Below are positions 43,124-55,693 of a stretch of DNA of 64,000 nt, one piece after another (within the stretch, counting starts at the first letter, position 1; each line of letters opens with the position of its first letter). Source of the DNA: Candidatus Krumholzibacteriota bacterium (GTDB lineage Bacteria > Krumholzibacteriota > Krumholzibacteriia > JAJRXK01); the NCBI GenBank assembly GCA_963764625.1, contig CAVXTH010000009.1:864001-928000 (forward strand), read 5' to 3'. Below the pieces are notes generated by a model. It was not told the DNA's origin. It made no database searches and saw only the letters and a program-made list of their open reading frames with translations. Made by a program: the position numbers and the translations under genes.

Positions 43124-45414
43124 GATCGTGGAGGAAAGCCATCCGCATGTCTTCCCAGGGCGAGAGGGAGGATGCGAACGCACGTTGGTGGAGAGCGGGG
43201 CTGAACTTCCGTGCGATCCTGACCTATGGTCTGCCGCTCTTGGCGATCATGGCGCTTCATATGTTGCTCTTTCCTCCGATCCGCACCGCTCCCAGCCTCA
43301 AGCTGGAAGTGGGAGACATCACCGAACACGAGATTCGCGCCCCCTTCCGCTTCAGTGCGCCCCGGCCGCGGCGGGAATTGGAGGCGGCTCGCCTGGAGGC
43401 TTCGCGCCGGGTCGAGCCGGTCTACCTCCACGAGACGGAGGCGGAGAAGCACTCCAAGGACGAAGTTGCGCGCTTCTTGAGCCGCGTCAAATTGCTGGCT
43501 ACATCGGACAGCCTCAGCCTCGCGAAGAAAGTGGATGCGCTTCAGTCCGATTTCCGCGGGATCTCGTCCGAAGATCTGCGGTGGCTATTGACCGGAGGCA
43601 ACGCCGAGCGGAAATCGAATGCGATCGCGAGCCTGGCCGAGAAACTTCTCGACCGTGGTATCGTCGACACCACTCCGAGAGGCAACTACAGCCTCGTTCA
43701 CGTCATCGATCCGGATAGTCTGGAGGACAGGGTGGAAGAGGTCGATGATCTGGTGCTCGGCTATCGGCAGGGGGAGGCAGCGCGCAAGGAAGCGGGCGAG
43801 TATTTCCGCCGGGCCGACGAGAGAGTCGCCGTGGCCGCGATCCTGGCATACCTGCTCACACCCAATCTCTCGTACGACGACGCGCGCACCGAAGATCAGA
43901 GGAGTATGGCGGTGGCGGCGGTGCCCACGACTCGCGAATTCGCTCGTAACGAGCGCATTCTCGACAGCGGGGTGCGGGTCAATCGGGAAGACCTCGCCGT
44001 CTTGACCGCGCTGGAGGAAGCACGTCGTGAACGCGCCTTCGCCTCGAACAAGGGCGTCGCGCTGCGCCTTCGCACCGGCAGGGCGATCCTAGTGCTCTCT
44101 CTCCTGCTCGGACTCTGTCTCAGCTTGAGCGGGAGGCATCGCCGGCAACTGAGCGAATACCGGCGCTTCCTCGCGCTATGCGTGCTACTGGCCCTATACC
44201 TTTTGGTGAGTTGGGTCGCGTTGGGTCGCGGCGCGTACGGCCCCATCGTCATTCCCATCGTGATGCTGGTGATGCTGTCCACGATTCTCCAGGGGGAAGG
44301 CCCGGCCGCGCGCATGCTCCTGCTCTCGGTTCTTCTCATCGCGCTGCTCCCCAGCATTCCCTCTTCGATGCTCCTGGTGTGGATCGTGGCCGGTGCAACC
44401 GCCATGCGTATGGTGCGGAGGGTTCGCAACCGGAATCAGTTCTACAAGGCCATCGGCGTGGTCTCCATCGCCTATCTCGTCGCGGTCGGCGCGCTGCAGC
44501 TCGGCCAAGCGAACAGCCTACGGGAGTGGATCCGGCCGGTGCTGTGGGGAGTCGGGAGTGGAATCGTCAGCACCGCGCTCGCGCTCTTCCTCTTGCCGGT
44601 GTTCGAGAGCATCTTCGAAATCACGACGGATCTCACTTTGCTCGAATTGAGTGACCTCAATCATCCCCTCTTGCGAAGGATGGCGCTGGAGTCACCCGGG
44701 ACTTTCCATCACAGCCAGGTGGTGGGCACCCTGGCCGAGGCGGCCGGTCGCGCGATCGACGCCAATTGTTTGCGCACCAGGGTGGGCGCGAACTACCACG
44801 ACATCGGTAAGCTGCTGAAGCCGAGATATTACGTGGAGAATCAAAAGGGCGGACCCAACGCCCACGACGATCTGTCTCCGCGGATGAGTGCATTGGTCAT
44901 CGCGGCGCACGTGAAGGATGGAGTGGAATTGGGCCGGCAGTGGGGTTTGCCCCAGGACGTCACCGATTTCATCCCCCAACACCATGGCACGAGCGTGATG
45001 CGTTACTTCTACCACAAAGCACTCGAACGGGATGACGGCGGAGCGGTGAAAGTGGAGGACTTCCGCTACCCCGGACCCAAGCCGCAATCGAAGGAAACCG
45101 CTATCGTCATGCTCGCCGACGGAGTCGAGGCCGGAACGCGCTCGCTTCGTCGTCCCACTCCCAGCCGGATCCGGGAAATGGTCAAGGGAATCATCGAGCG
45201 CAGAATGGAAGAAGGAGAACTCGACGATTGCACTCTGACCATGCGAGACATCTCGCGAATCCGAGAGGCATTCGTGCCGATTCTGGTGGGCATTCACCAC
45301 CAGCGCGTCGCCTATCCGGGCCAGAAAGAGCATGAGGACAAGAAGGAGAAGGAAAGCGTTGAAACTCGAGCTCGCGGTCGACGGGGACAGGACTCCGTGG
45401 CGACCAGACGCTGA
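43120..45414 (+). CDS. 7TM-HD phosphohydrolase (PgpH-like)
   Basis: Extracytoplasmic domain, 7 TM helices, PGTFHHS, YHDIGK, QHHGT, FRYPGPKP, MLADGVEA. Confidence 0.9.
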   Translation: MRSWRKAIRMSSQGEREDANARWWRAGLNFRAILTYGLPLLAIMALHMLLFPPIRTAPSLKLEVGDITEHEIRAPFRFSAPRPRRELEAARLEASRRVEPVYLHETEAEKHSKDEVARFLSRVKLLATSDSLSLAKKVDALQSDFRGISSEDLRWLLTGGNAERKSNAIASLAEKLLDRGIVDTTPRGNYSLVHVIDPDSLEDRVEEVDDLVLGYRQGEAARKEAGEYFRRADERVAVAAILAYLLTPNLSYDDARTEDQRSMAVAAVPTTREFARNERILDSGVRVNREDLAVLTALEEARRERAFASNKGVALRLRTGRAILVLSLLLGLCLSLSGRHRRQLSEYRRFLALCVLLALYLLVSWVALGRGAYGPIVIPIVMLVMLSTILQGEGPAARMLLLSVLLIALLPSIPSSMLLVWIVAGATAMRMVRRVRNRNQFYKAIGVVSIAYLVAVGALQLGQANSLREWIRPVLWGVGSGIVSTALALFLLPVFESIFEITTDLTLLELSDLNHPLLRRMALESPGTFHHSQVVGTLAEAAGRAIDANCLRTRVGANYHDIGKLLKPRYYVENQKGGPNAHDDLSPRMSALVIAAHVKDGVELGRQWGLPQDVTDFIPQHHGTSVMRYFYHKALERDDGGAVKVEDFRYPGPKPQSKETAIVMLADGVEAGTRSLRRPTPSRIREMVKGIIERRMEEGELDDCTLTMRDISRIREAFVPILVGIHHQRVAYPGQKEHEDKKEKESVETRARGRRGQDSVATRR

Positions 45415-45889
45415 GACGGAGAGCGATCTCCGCGAGATGCTGGCTGCCTGGGGCCCCACCGACGGGATTCTCGAAGTCGTGCTCACCGACGACCGGGTGA
45501 TCCGCGAGCTCAATCGTCGGTATCGGCAGAAGGACCGAGCGACCGACGTTCTCTCGTTTTCCTATCTGGAAGGCCATGAATCCTCCCGGGAAGAATTGCT
45601 TAAAGCCGACCGTCTGGCTCGTGACTTCTGCTCCGAATCGCTGGATGGCGAGGTTCTGGTCGGTCAAGTTCTCATCAGCGTGGAAACGATGAGAGGACGA
45701 GATGTTCGGCCCGAGCACACCGACGGGGAAGAATTCCATTTTCTCGCGGTCCACGGGATGCTTCATACTCTGGGGTACGATCACGCCCGTGAGGAGGACG
45801 CACGGGAGATGGAGAGGGCACAGGAAGCCATTCTCTCTTCACATCGAATTCCCAGTCCCGGAGAGTCAAAAGGAGGCGCGAGTACGTGA
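45359..45889 (+). CDS. ybeY: rRNA maturation RNase YbeY
   Basis: LNRRYRQKDRATDVLSF, HGMLHTLGYDH. Confidence 0.92.
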   Translation: MKLELAVDGDRTPWRPDAETESDLREMLAAWGPTDGILEVVLTDDRVIRELNRRYRQKDRATDVLSFSYLEGHESSREELLKADRLARDFCSESLDGEVLVGQVLISVETMRGRDVRPEHTDGEEFHFLAVHGMLHTLGYDHAREEDAREMERAQEAILSSHRIPSPGESKGGAST

Positions 45890-47196
45890 ACGAAGGCGAT
45901 CTGGATCGCGGGCTCATCGGATCGGATCTCTTGCTCTTTTTGAGTGGGCTCCTGCTCTGTTTCTTGGTGGCCGGAATGATCAGCAGCTACGTCACGCTCT
46001 TGCGCATGCGGCGTGAGGGATTGATCGGCGATTCGGATCTTCCCCGCGCGGTTCGTGGTCTCATGGGGCGTTCCAAGGACTTGCTCCTGGCGCTCGCGAC
46101 GGCCCACCTCGTCGCCGCCTGTCTCGCGGCCGGCCTGCTCCTGCGGGGCATGAACGCCCTCGGGTGGCCGTCTCTCTTGGTGGTCCTGGGCTGGATCGCG
46201 TTCTTCGCCGTCTTGATCCTGGGCAGTCTTCTCTTCAAGTCGGCCGCGCTCACAAAGCCCGTCGCGTTCGCGCGCGCCACCCTCGCTCTGGCTTCTCTGC
46301 TGCTCTGGATCTTCATGCCTTTTACCCGGCTGCTTTGGTTCCTGGTGGCCAGGCGTGCCCCCGAACTGGGAGCGATGGACATCTCTCCTCCCCTGAGCGG
46401 AGGGGAGCTGCGCGCGATATTGGCCGACGAAGACGCTGAGGTCGAAATGGAGGAGGAGGAGCGCGATCTGGTGCGCTCCATCTTTGATCTGAGAGATACC
46501 GAGATTCGCGAGATCATGGTTCCGCGGGTGGACGTGAAAGGGCTCGACGTGAACACGAGCTTCGCCGACGCGGAGAGTTTCGCGGTGAACCAGCCCTACA
46601 CTCGCCTGCCGGTCTGGGAGCAGAATCAGGATACGATCCTGGGCATCCTGCACACGAAGGATCTACTGGTGGCGCGGGTGAGGAGCGAGACCCCGACTCT
46701 GAGGCAGCTGCTTCGCCCCGTTCACTTCCTGCCCGAGAGCAAGAGCGTCGACGAGGCTCTGCGGGAGTTTCGCGAACAGAGGGTGCACCTCGCGGTGGTG
46801 GTGGACGAGTACGGCGGCACGGCGGGGATCGTGACGATGGAGGACATTCTGGAGGAGATCGTCGGCGAGATCCGGGACGAATTCGATCAAGAGGGCGAAC
46901 GCATCCGAGTGCTCGACGACCACCACGTGGTCCTCGACCCTCGCGTCGATCTGGACGATCTGAACGAGGAGTTGGGAATTACTCTACCCACCCAGGACAG
47001 TGACACCTTGGGCGGGTTCCTCTACGCGGAATTGGGAAAAGTTCCCAGTCGGGGTGACAGCGTGGAGTACGAAGGGCTGCGCTTCACCATCGACCGGGTG
47101 GAACGACAGCGCATGCTCCAGGTAACCCTCGTGAGCAAGCGAATCCTCGCTCCCCGCGAGGAGGGCAACGGCTCGACCGCGGAGCAGGAATCATGA
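45886..47196 (+). CDS. HlyC/CorC-family (CNNM + CBS + CorC) transporter
   Basis: TM region, [40 protein letters not shown]. Confidence 0.92.
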   Translation: MNEGDLDRGLIGSDLLLFLSGLLLCFLVAGMISSYVTLLRMRREGLIGDSDLPRAVRGLMGRSKDLLLALATAHLVAACLAAGLLLRGMNALGWPSLLVVLGWIAFFAVLILGSLLFKSAALTKPVAFARATLALASLLLWIFMPFTRLLWFLVARRAPELGAMDISPPLSGGELRAILADEDAEVEMEEEERDLVRSIFDLRDTEIREIMVPRVDVKGLDVNTSFADAESFAVNQPYTRLPVWEQNQDTILGILHTKDLLVARVRSETPTLRQLLRPVHFLPESKSVDEALREFREQRVHLAVVVDEYGGTAGIVTMEDILEEIVGEIRDEFDQEGERIRVLDDHHVVLDPRVDLDDLNEELGITLPTQDSDTLGGFLYAELGKVPSRGDSVEYEGLRFTIDRVERQRMLQVTLVSKRILAPREEGNGSTAEQES

Positions 47197-47864
47197 GGTC
47201 CCCTTTCCGCGGATTCCGCCGGGCCTTTCTCACCGGACTCGTGGTGATCATTCCGGTCGTAGTCACGTTTTGGGTGATCTGGATCATCGTTCGCACCGCG
47301 GATGGATGGCTTGGACCGTCGATCGCGCGCACCCCCTGGCTCCATGGACATTTGCCGCAGATCGGGGGCACCGCCCTCGGGTTGATCGCGGCCATATTAC
47401 TCATCAGTGCGGTGGGGGCGATGGCGAACAGCCTCTTCGGAAGAGCCGTACTGGGGGCCTTCGATCGTCTGGTCACGAGGATCCCTTTTCTCAAGGGCAT
47501 CTATACCGCGACAAAAGAACTCACCAGCGTTCTCTTCTCCGCACAGAGCCGTGCCTTTCGCAAGGTCGTCCTCTTCGAATACCCTCGGCGTGGCTCGTGG
47601 AGCCTCGGTTTCGTAACCAACGAACTTCCCGATTCCCAGGGAGGAGGACTCTATCACCTCTTCCTACCCACCACACCGAACCCCACCAGTGGCTATTTCT
47701 TGCTGATTCCGTACGAAGATGCTATTCAGCTTGACATCTCCATCGAAGAGGGCCTCAAGATGGTGATCTCGGGTGGCGCGGTAGTTTCTCCTCGAGGCCG
47801 TGAGCTGGTACTCGAGGGAATCACCTCTCATCCGCGTCGTGCTGGCGGCGCCAGCGATGTTTAG
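47193..47864 (+). CDS. DUF502 membrane protein
   Basis: FLTGLVVIIP, EYPRRG, FLPTTPNPTSG. Confidence 0.9.
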   Translation: MRSPFRGFRRAFLTGLVVIIPVVVTFWVIWIIVRTADGWLGPSIARTPWLHGHLPQIGGTALGLIAAILLISAVGAMANSLFGRAVLGAFDRLVTRIPFLKGIYTATKELTSVLFSAQSRAFRKVVLFEYPRRGSWSLGFVTNELPDSQGGGLYHLFLPTTPNPTSGYFLLIPYEDAIQLDISIEEGLKMVISGGAVVSPRGRELVLEGITSHPRRAGGASDV

Positions 47865-47886
47865 ACCCTAGCTCTAGAAAAGAGAA

Positions 47887-49245
47887 ATGCTCGAAGATCT
47901 TGAAGCTCTTTTCCAGCAGATCCTCGAGCGCTTCGAGGCGGACGACGTTGCCGGAGCGGCCCGTCTCCTCCTGGACCTCACGCCCGCCGATGTCGCCGAC
48001 GTACTCCGCGGCTTCGAACATGAACGCAAAGTCGCGGTCCTCAGAGTGCTTCCCGCGGAAGTCGCTGCCGCGATCCTCACCGAACTCGATGAACGCAGTC
48101 TGCCCGATCTCCTGGATCTGCTCAAAGACCGGGAAATCGTGGAAATGCTCGATGAACTCGACAGCGACGACGCGGCCGACGTCGTGGCACAGATGGAAGA
48201 CGACCAGGCCGTACGCGTCGTCGACTTGCTGGACAAGGTCGACCATCAGGACGCGGTCGAGCTCTCCGAGCTCTTGCGCTACCCCGAAGACTCCGCCGGT
48301 GGAGTTATGGCCAAGGAGTTCCTCTCGGCGGGAGAGGGCCAGACGATTGGGAAGATCGCCGAAGGTCTTCGTCGCCTGGGAGAAGAGGAGCTTCTCACGC
48401 ATCAGTTCGTCTTCGTCGTCGACGACAAAGGACGCCTCCTGGGTCAGATTCCCATCGTCAAGATTTTCATTCTCAGACCGGACGAACGCGCCTCGGAGGC
48501 CATGAACCCTAATCCGGTCTCCATCGAAGTGATGGAGGATCAGGAGAAAGTGGCCCAGGTGTTTCGCAGGCGCGATTTGCTGTCGTTGGCGGTCGTCGAC
48601 GCCAACGGACGACTCGTGGGGCGAATCACCGTCGACGATGTGATCGACGTCATGACCGAGGAAGCGACCGAAGACATGGCGCGCTTCGCCGGCTCCAGCG
48701 AGGACGAGTTCGGAGAGACCTCGGTGAAGGCCATCTCGCGGGCCCGGCTTCCCTGGCTACTGATGGGTTTGGGGGGCGAACTGATCTCGGCCCTGGTGAT
48801 TTCCCGCTTTCAGTCTGGCCTGCAGACAAAAGTCATTCTGGCCTTCTTCATTCCTCTGGTCATGGCAACCGGCGGAAATTCCGGAGTGCAGACTTCCTCG
48901 AATCTCATTCGAGCCCTGGCCACCGGCGATTTCGATCGCTTCCGTGCGCGCCGGCACATTGCGCGTGAGGTATTCGTCGGATTGCTCAATGGTTTTCTGC
49001 TCGGGGCCATCCTGGTCGTGACTTTGGTCCTCTTCCGGCAGGATCCGGCCGTGGGCTTCGTGATCGGCCTGGCTCTGATGTGTGTCGTGGTCGTTGCCAG
49101 TTCGATTGGCACCATCGTGCCTCTGGTCCTGAACTGGGCGGGAATCGACCCGGCTCTCGCCACCGGACCCTTCATCACGACGAGCAACGACGTGCTGGGA
49201 CTCTTGGTCTACCTGAGCCTCGCCCACAAGTTTCTCGGACTGTAG
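47887..49245 (+). CDS. mgtE: Magnesium transporter MgtE
   Basis: YPEDSAGGVM, GRITVDD, RLPWL, GGNSG, DPALATGPFITTSND. Confidence 0.95.
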   Translation: MLEDLEALFQQILERFEADDVAGAARLLLDLTPADVADVLRGFEHERKVAVLRVLPAEVAAAILTELDERSLPDLLDLLKDREIVEMLDELDSDDAADVVAQMEDDQAVRVVDLLDKVDHQDAVELSELLRYPEDSAGGVMAKEFLSAGEGQTIGKIAEGLRRLGEEELLTHQFVFVVDDKGRLLGQIPIVKIFILRPDERASEAMNPNPVSIEVMEDQEKVAQVFRRRDLLSLAVVDANGRLVGRITVDDVIDVMTEEATEDMARFAGSSEDEFGETSVKAISRARLPWLLMGLGGELISALVISRFQSGLQTKVILAFFIPLVMATGGNSGVQTSSNLIRALATGDFDRFRARRHIAREVFVGLLNGFLLGAILVVTLVLFRQDPAVGFVIGLALMCVVVVASSIGTIVPLVLNWAGIDPALATGPFITTSNDVLGLLVYLSLAHKFLGL

Positions 49246-49271
49246 AGCCCTCGGGTTTGGGGGAAGAGCTC

Positions 49272-50054
49272 ATGCGTGGCGCAGCCTGCCGGGACGAGGG
49301 CGTCATCCTTCGAACTCTCAAGTTGGGGGAGACCTCCCGCATCGTGAGTGTGCTCAGTCACGAGCATGGCAAGGTCAAACTGGTGGCGAAGGGTGTGCGC
49401 CGGCCGAACTCTCCTCTGGCCGGCATCCTCGAACCCGGCAACGAAGTCGAGCTCTTGTTCTACCCGCGCAAGGACCGCGAACTCTGGACGATGAGCGAGG
49501 CGAGTCTGCTGCGGGCCAGCTTGACGGGAGAAAGCAGCCTCGATAAGCTCTCGTACTTGCTCGCCGCTTTGGAGCTCGCGGATCGTCTGCTTCCCGAGAG
49601 GGAGCCCGATGCGCAGATCGCGGCTGTCTTTCGCGGCTATCTGGATCGCTGGCATCTCGAGGGGCCTCAGGCCATGGCGGCCCTGTTCTTCGCGTTGGAA
49701 GCGCGACTCTTGTGGAACCTGGGGTTGGGTTTAAATCTTCACTCCTGCGGGGTCTGCGGCGCTTCGCTCGAGGAATCCGAAGCGGCGTTCTTTCGTCCTT
49801 CGGAGGGCGATCTGAGTTGTACGCGCTGCGCCATGGGAACGGGCAAGAGAGTGAGCGCGGAGGAACTTGGGGTCTGGCGCGGGCTGGACGAGGTGCTGGA
49901 CGGAAACGAGGCCATCGCATTGAGTGAGTCGCAACGGAGACAGATCGGTAAGTGCCTTCATCTGCACATGAGCTACCACCTGTCCCACTACAAGATTCCC
50001 AAGGCTCTGTACTGGCTCAGCGATCTCCGCGGCGAAGAAGGAGCAGAGCGGTGA
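49272..50054 (+). CDS. recO: DNA repair protein RecO
   Basis: LGETSRIV...[12 protein letters not shown]; CGVC...CTRC zinc finger. Confidence 0.9.
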   Translation: MRGAACRDEGVILRTLKLGETSRIVSVLSHEHGKVKLVAKGVRRPNSPLAGILEPGNEVELLFYPRKDRELWTMSEASLLRASLTGESSLDKLSYLLAALELADRLLPEREPDAQIAAVFRGYLDRWHLEGPQAMAALFFALEARLLWNLGLGLNLHSCGVCGASLEESEAAFFRPSEGDLSCTRCAMGTGKRVSAEELGVWRGLDEVLDGNEAIALSESQRRQIGKCLHLHMSYHLSHYKIPKALYWLSDLRGEEGAER

Positions 50055-50935
50055 CGAGCTACCAGTCGATGATCCACGACCTTCAGAAATACTGGATGGC
50101 GCATGGCTGCATCATCGTGCAGCCCTACAATTCCGAAGTCGGAGCGGGAACCTTCAACCCGAACACCTTCCTTCGTTGTCTGGGCCCAGAGCCCTGGAGC
50201 TGCGCCTATCTCGAACCGTCCAAGCGACCCAAAGACGGACGCTACGGGGAGAATCCGAATCGAGTGCAACAATTCCTTCAGTACCAGGTGCTACTCAAGC
50301 CGGCTCCACAGGACGTGCAGGACCTCTATTTGAAGAGCCTACAAACCATCGGAATCGATCCTCGCGACCACGACATCCGCTTCGTGGAGGACGACTGGGA
50401 GAGCCCGACTCTGGGAGCATCGGGTCTGGGGTGGGAGGTCTGGTTGGACGGGATGGAGGTGACCCAGTTCACCTACTTCCAGCAGTGCGGTGGACTCGAG
50501 CTGGAACCGGTGAGCTGCGAACTCACCTATGGCCTCCTCCGTTTGGCGATGTACATCCAGGATTGTGATCACGTCATGGATCTAGATTGGGGCGCGGGCG
50601 TCAGCTGGGGAGAGGTGAACGGTCAAGCCGAACGGGAGTTCAGCGAATTCAATTTCAAGTGCGTTGATGCACAACTCTACTTTCGCTGGTTCGAGGAGCG
50701 GGAGAAGGAGGCTGAGATCCTCCTGGAGAAGGGGCTGGTCTTTCCCGGTTACGACGCGGTGACGAAATGCAGTCACTATTTCAACCTGCTGGAGGCAAGC
50801 GGAGCCATCAGCGTGACCGAGCGCACGGGTTACATCGCTCGTGTGCGCAGACTCGCCCGGCTCGCGGCGAAGGCCTATGTGGCCAAGCGAGAGGAAATGG
50901 GATTTCCTCTGCTGAAGAAGGTGCGTCATGGATAG
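50051..50935 (+). CDS. glyQ: Glycine--tRNA ligase alpha subunit
   Basis: [44 protein letters not shown]. Confidence 0.97.
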   Translation: MTSYQSMIHDLQKYWMAHGCIIVQPYNSEVGAGTFNPNTFLRCLGPEPWSCAYLEPSKRPKDGRYGENPNRVQQFLQYQVLLKPAPQDVQDLYLKSLQTIGIDPRDHDIRFVEDDWESPTLGASGLGWEVWLDGMEVTQFTYFQQCGGLELEPVSCELTYGLLRLAMYIQDCDHVMDLDWGAGVSWGEVNGQAEREFSEFNFKCVDAQLYFRWFEEREKEAEILLEKGLVFPGYDAVTKCSHYFNLLEASGAISVTERTGYIARVRRLARLAAKAYVAKREEMGFPLLKKVRHG

Positions 50936-53115
50936 AAACGACCTTCTGCTCGAAATCGGTAGCGAGGAAATTCCGGCCGGCTATCTCGATGCCGCCCGGC
51001 GCCGTCTGGAAAAGAACGTGGGTTCCTTCCTGAAGGAGAAGGGGATCGAGTTCGAAAGTCGTGAGGTGCAAAGCTTCGCCACTCCGCGAAGAATCGCGGT
51101 CCTGATCCGTGGGGTCGCACTTCAGACGCCCCGCCAGAAGAGTCTGAAACTCGGTCCCGCCGTGAGCGCCGCGTTCGATGGCGAAGGAAATCCGACCAAA
51201 GCGGTGCTGGGATTTCGCGCGTAGTGCAGGCGTGAGCGTGGAGGAGCTCAGCGTTTCGCCGGCGACAAAGGCGAGCGGCTCGGGATCGAGCAAGAGGTGG
51301 GAGGGGAGAGAACTTTCGATCTTCTCCAGGAGGAAGGTCTGCTCGCGCGCTGGATTAACCTCGGCTTTCCCAAGACCATGCGCTGGATTCCAGGAAGTGA
51401 CCTGGCCTACGCGCGGCCCATCCGTTGGTTGGTCTGCCTCTTGGGCGAGGAGGTCGTGCCGCTACGCTTGGGCGAGCTCGTGGCCGGCCGTGAAAGCCGG
51501 GGGCATCGAACCCTTCACCGCGGCGCAATCGACTTGCCCGATGCCGCGTCGTACGAAGCCACACTCGCCGAAGCTTCGGTCGTGGTACGTCCCGACCAGC
51601 GCCGTGAAATCATCGAATCACAGGCACGGCGTCTGGCCGGGGAGATCGATGGGCGGGTGTGCGAAGACAGCGAGCTACTTGGAAGAAATCGTCTACCTCG
51701 CCGAGCATCCGCACGGTTTGCGCGGGGACTATGACTCCTCCATGACCGAGGTGCTTCCGCGGGAAGTCATCGTCACCGCGATGCGGGCCCACCAGAGATA
51801 CTTCAGCGTCGAGTCCCTCCAAGGCGCGCTGATTCCCTGCTTTCTGACCTTTCGGGACGGGGGAGGCCATGGGCTGAAGAACGTCAAGGCGGGGAACGAG
51901 CGCGTACTACGGGCTCGTCTCGAGGACGCCGTCTTCTACTGGAACGAAGATCGCGCCGTCAGCAGTGAGGAAAAACTCCGACGCCTGGATTCGGTGGTTT
52001 GGATCGAAGGCTTCGGATCGGTGGGAGACAAGTGCCGACGAGTGGCCGCGCTCGCGTGCGAGCTCGGCCGAGTCATCATGCCAGATCTGGCGGAGGAAAC
52101 CGTCCGGCGCGCGGGCCTTCTTTCCAAGAGCGATCTGGCCACGGAGATGATCAAGGACGGTAAGGAGTTCACCAAACTGCAGGGGATCATGGGACGGTAC
52201 TACGCACTGGCCGCCGGCGAGAACAAAGAGGTGGCGGATGCGATCGCCGAGCATCTGCAACCGCGCTTCGCCGAGGACAGGTTGCCCGAAGGGAGATTGG
52301 GAAGTCTGGTGGCGCTCGCCGATCGCCTCGACACCATCGCGGGCTGTGTACTTGCGGGGTTCATTCCCACCGGCAGCCAGGATCCCTATGCGCTCCGGCG
52401 TCAGGCCCTGGCGGTTTTGCGCATCCTGAGCCAAAGCGAATTGAAGTGCGATCTCACCCACTGGATTCACGCGAGCCTTTCGAGCTACGGGCAAACCGAG
52501 AATCGGATGGAGGAAGCAGCCACCGTGATCACCGCCCTTTTCTGGAGCCGTCTGGAAACTCTTCTGCAGGAATTGCCGGTGGAGATCGTCCAGGCTGTGC
52601 TGTCCGTTTTCCCTCTCGATCCGGTGGAAAACGCGCGCGCGTGCAGAGACCTGGCTCGCCTGCAGGGGAGTGAGACCTTTCAAATGCTCATCGAGGGAGC
52701 TCGTCGCTGCCGGAACATCCTGGTGAAGGCGCAGCGCCTGCCGGAGGAATCCCTTCCCCCACAGGCGCGGGCCCAGGCGCTGCAAAATGAGTCCCGGGCG
52801 CGCTGGGAGGCGGCCAATCTGAAGTCCTACGATCCGGTGGAGGCGACGGAGCCGGCCGAGCAGAATCTGGTTCGGGCGGCCCAGCAAATCCTGCCGCGCC
52901 TCGCCAAGGCCCTGAAGGAAAGCACCTACACTCCCGCCTACGAGGCTCTGGCCGAATTGGCGCAGCCGATCGACCGCTACTTCGAGGAAGTCCTGGTTAA
53001 CGCCCCCGAACCCGCGGTTCGGGCGCGGCGTCTGGACTGGTTGGAATCTCTGCACTATCTTTTCGCGCGATTCGCTGATCTCAGTCGCCTTCCCTCGCTC
53101 GGAAAGGGGAGCTGA
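50928..53115 (+). CDS. glyS: Glycine--tRNA ligase beta subunit (several frameshifts at 51220-51680)
   Basis: [22 protein letters not shown]...[36 protein letters not shown]. Confidence 0.93.
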
Positions 53116-53203
53116 GTAGCCCCCCGCCGCCCCGAGGGGTCGCACTGGGCTAAGCCACTGTCATCAAAGTAGTTTATCGTCCTTTGTCCGCCGGATGGAG
53201 GTA

Positions 53204-53233
53204 TTGACAGTGGCGCGGGCGAAGCCCTATATT
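53204..53233 (+). promoter_or_regulatory. Sigma70 promoter candidate for the lipoprotein cluster
   Basis: TTGACA-N18-TATATT. Confidence 0.55.
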
Positions 53234-53362
53234 TCCAGCGGCTTAAGCCGGAAGTTCGCGAATTGAACGGACCCCGTCCCCACCGGGTGTCGGATTGGTG
53301 AGCTGAAGATCCTAGAATCGCTCCCTTTGCTGGGTTTGAAGCCGAGGGGCTCGGGGAAGTCT

Positions 53363-55601
53363 ATGGTACGCCGAAACGAGTCGAGATTTGCCTCCGCGGC
53401 ACTCGTGTTGTTGCTCTTTCTCGTGGTTTTCTACGGATGCCGAGCTTTCGACCCAGAACCGATCATCGTCAACATCCCGCCTGACACCTTCGTCACGGGA
53501 GCGCCGGCGGAGACCACGGGCACCGTGTTCAACCGCCACATGTATTGGTACGGCAAGGACGTGGACGGAGAAGTCGTGAAGTTCATCTTCGCGATCACCG
53601 ACTCCACGGTACGGGACCGAAGCCAGCCGAGGGTCGACGAAGAGGATGCGCGCTTCGATCCCGCCGACGACGCCTCTGACTCTCAGGCAGACCGACGGGA
53701 AGGTGGTGGGCTATACCTCCAAGACGGACTCGAGCTTCGTCTTCACCATTGATCGTGATCGAACACCTCGAAGGACATCACCTTCCATATCGTCGCGGTC
53801 GACGACCGAGGCTGCCATCGATCCGACGCCGGCCCGTCTCCATTTCTTCAACAACAGTCTGGGAAATCCGATCATTCGCTTTCGTGTCACTACCATCGAC
53901 GATTCAGGGCAGGAAACCGAGCGCTGGGTCGGAACCCCGAACGGTCCGAAGCTGGCTGGGGACGTCATTTGGCCCTGGGCCCCCGATCCCGACACGATCT
54001 CCGCGGAGAACACCGAGGAGCCCTTCGTGGGCTTCTCCAATCACTTCCGCATCTGCTGGGAGGCTTCCTCGCCCAACGGCGCCATCGCGGGCTACCGCTA
54101 CAAGGCTTCGGCCCTGCAAGCTGCCCCGTTCTATCCCACGAACTACGATGAGCAGTTGGGAGGCGAGGTCGAGAGTTGGTCGCTCGACACCACCTGCTTC
54201 GACTACGCGAACAACGAGGAGATCGACCTCAACAACCTACCTTCCGGCTGCAATTCGGGGTGGGGCGATTGTCCTGAGCTGCTCTTGTGGGGCTCCGGAT
54301 TCCACTTGCTCAAGGTAGTGGCCCTGGATGAGGCCGAGGTCCAGAGTACGGCCTTTGCGGGAGAATTGCGCTTCAATGTGAACTACCCGCCTGAGACCGA
54401 GTTGATCAAGGACTCCCAGTGGCCACGGTACACGGCGGACGGGGTCAATTGGATCAACTTCAGCGAAGGGGACACGATCCCGGACAAGGCGTATGTGCAG
54501 TTCAAGCAGCGCGGAGTGGATCGTTTCGAGCGCAATCGCAACGATCCCTTGCTCGCAGGACTGCCCTGCTGCGATTTCCCGAGCCTGAGCTCCAATCCCG
54601 ACAGCGAGGTCAGCTACCAAACCCGAATCGAAGACGCCCGTGCCATCAACGATCGCGGAGCGAGTTATTTCTGGAAGACCTCGTTCAGTCCGGCAGAGCG
54701 CGCGGACACCTTGGGTTTCCACGTGGGTCCCTTCGGCTACTCGATGTCCTTCCGAGCCGAGGACGAGCTTCTCCGGAAGGATCCGACGCCGCCCACCTTC
54801 AGTTTCGTGGGCGGGTTCATTCCCGTCTTGACCTCGGTTTCACCCTCCGGCTCCGACAGCCTTGTGGTCAAGGACCCAGCCTTCGGGACGCAGCGCTGGC
54901 CTTCGAACACCATCGAGTACACGATCAACAGCCGACAATCCGCCGGCGGGGACGAGGCGCTACTGGGATGGAGGGAAGTACGTGTTCGCCGATTCGTCAG
55001 GAGATCCGTCGTGGTTTCGCGGTACCGGGGAAGATCATCCGCTATACCGTCCGCTTCGAGGGCCGTGCCGACGCACGGGAGCCGGAGGGTTCCTTGAGAT
55101 CCTGGTCCTACGAGCTGGCGAGTGAGTACGATCCCTTGAACCAAGTGAAAGAGGGCGCAGGCCGCGACGTATTCGGCCGCTGGGATTCCCCGACGACCAA
55201 CGATCTGTGGGAGATGCGTGCGGGTGTAGCGGGAGAAGGCGTCGAGGTCTTCGTCCCCGATCTGCTGTGGCGATTTCCCAACCTGTACGCGCGCGTCAAT
55301 CCGGACACGGGAGAAGAAGGACCCTACTACAAGCTGGGAGTTGTTCTGGCTCGCCAGCTCGGACACATCCATCTGAAAGTGCAGGGGAAGACGGCCAAGG
55401 ATGGTCAGGAATTCCCCTACTGCTTCCTCACGGTCCGAGAGAGCTGCGGCTCAGAATACCACGAAGGTCCCGATGTCCGACAAGGGCAGGCGCACCGCCG
55501 TCGTCCAATCGAACTTTGTCGGGTCCCTAGGGCTCGATCCGGGAGGCACGGGAGTCATCACCGAGCTCTGGCCTCCGGACGGGTACATCCAGCAGCAATA
55601 G
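53363..55601 (+). CDS. Large lipoprotein of unknown function (multiple frameshifts)
   Basis: Lipobox FYG/C; PPDTFVTGAP...MYWYGKDVDGEV; pieces in ORFs 53327, 53646, 54419 and 55401. Confidence 0.65.
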
Positions 55602-55693
55602 AGCTTGGAATCGAGCGGTGGTTTGTCCACTCGCAAGAGTTACGGTCCGACCCCATGGAATCGATCATGCCTGCCGAGTGCGGGAGGGGTGCA

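Noticed and set aside
50928-53115. glyS as pseudogene or programmed frameshift
   Set aside because: Essential gene with all motifs intact across frames; indels match the window-wide error pattern
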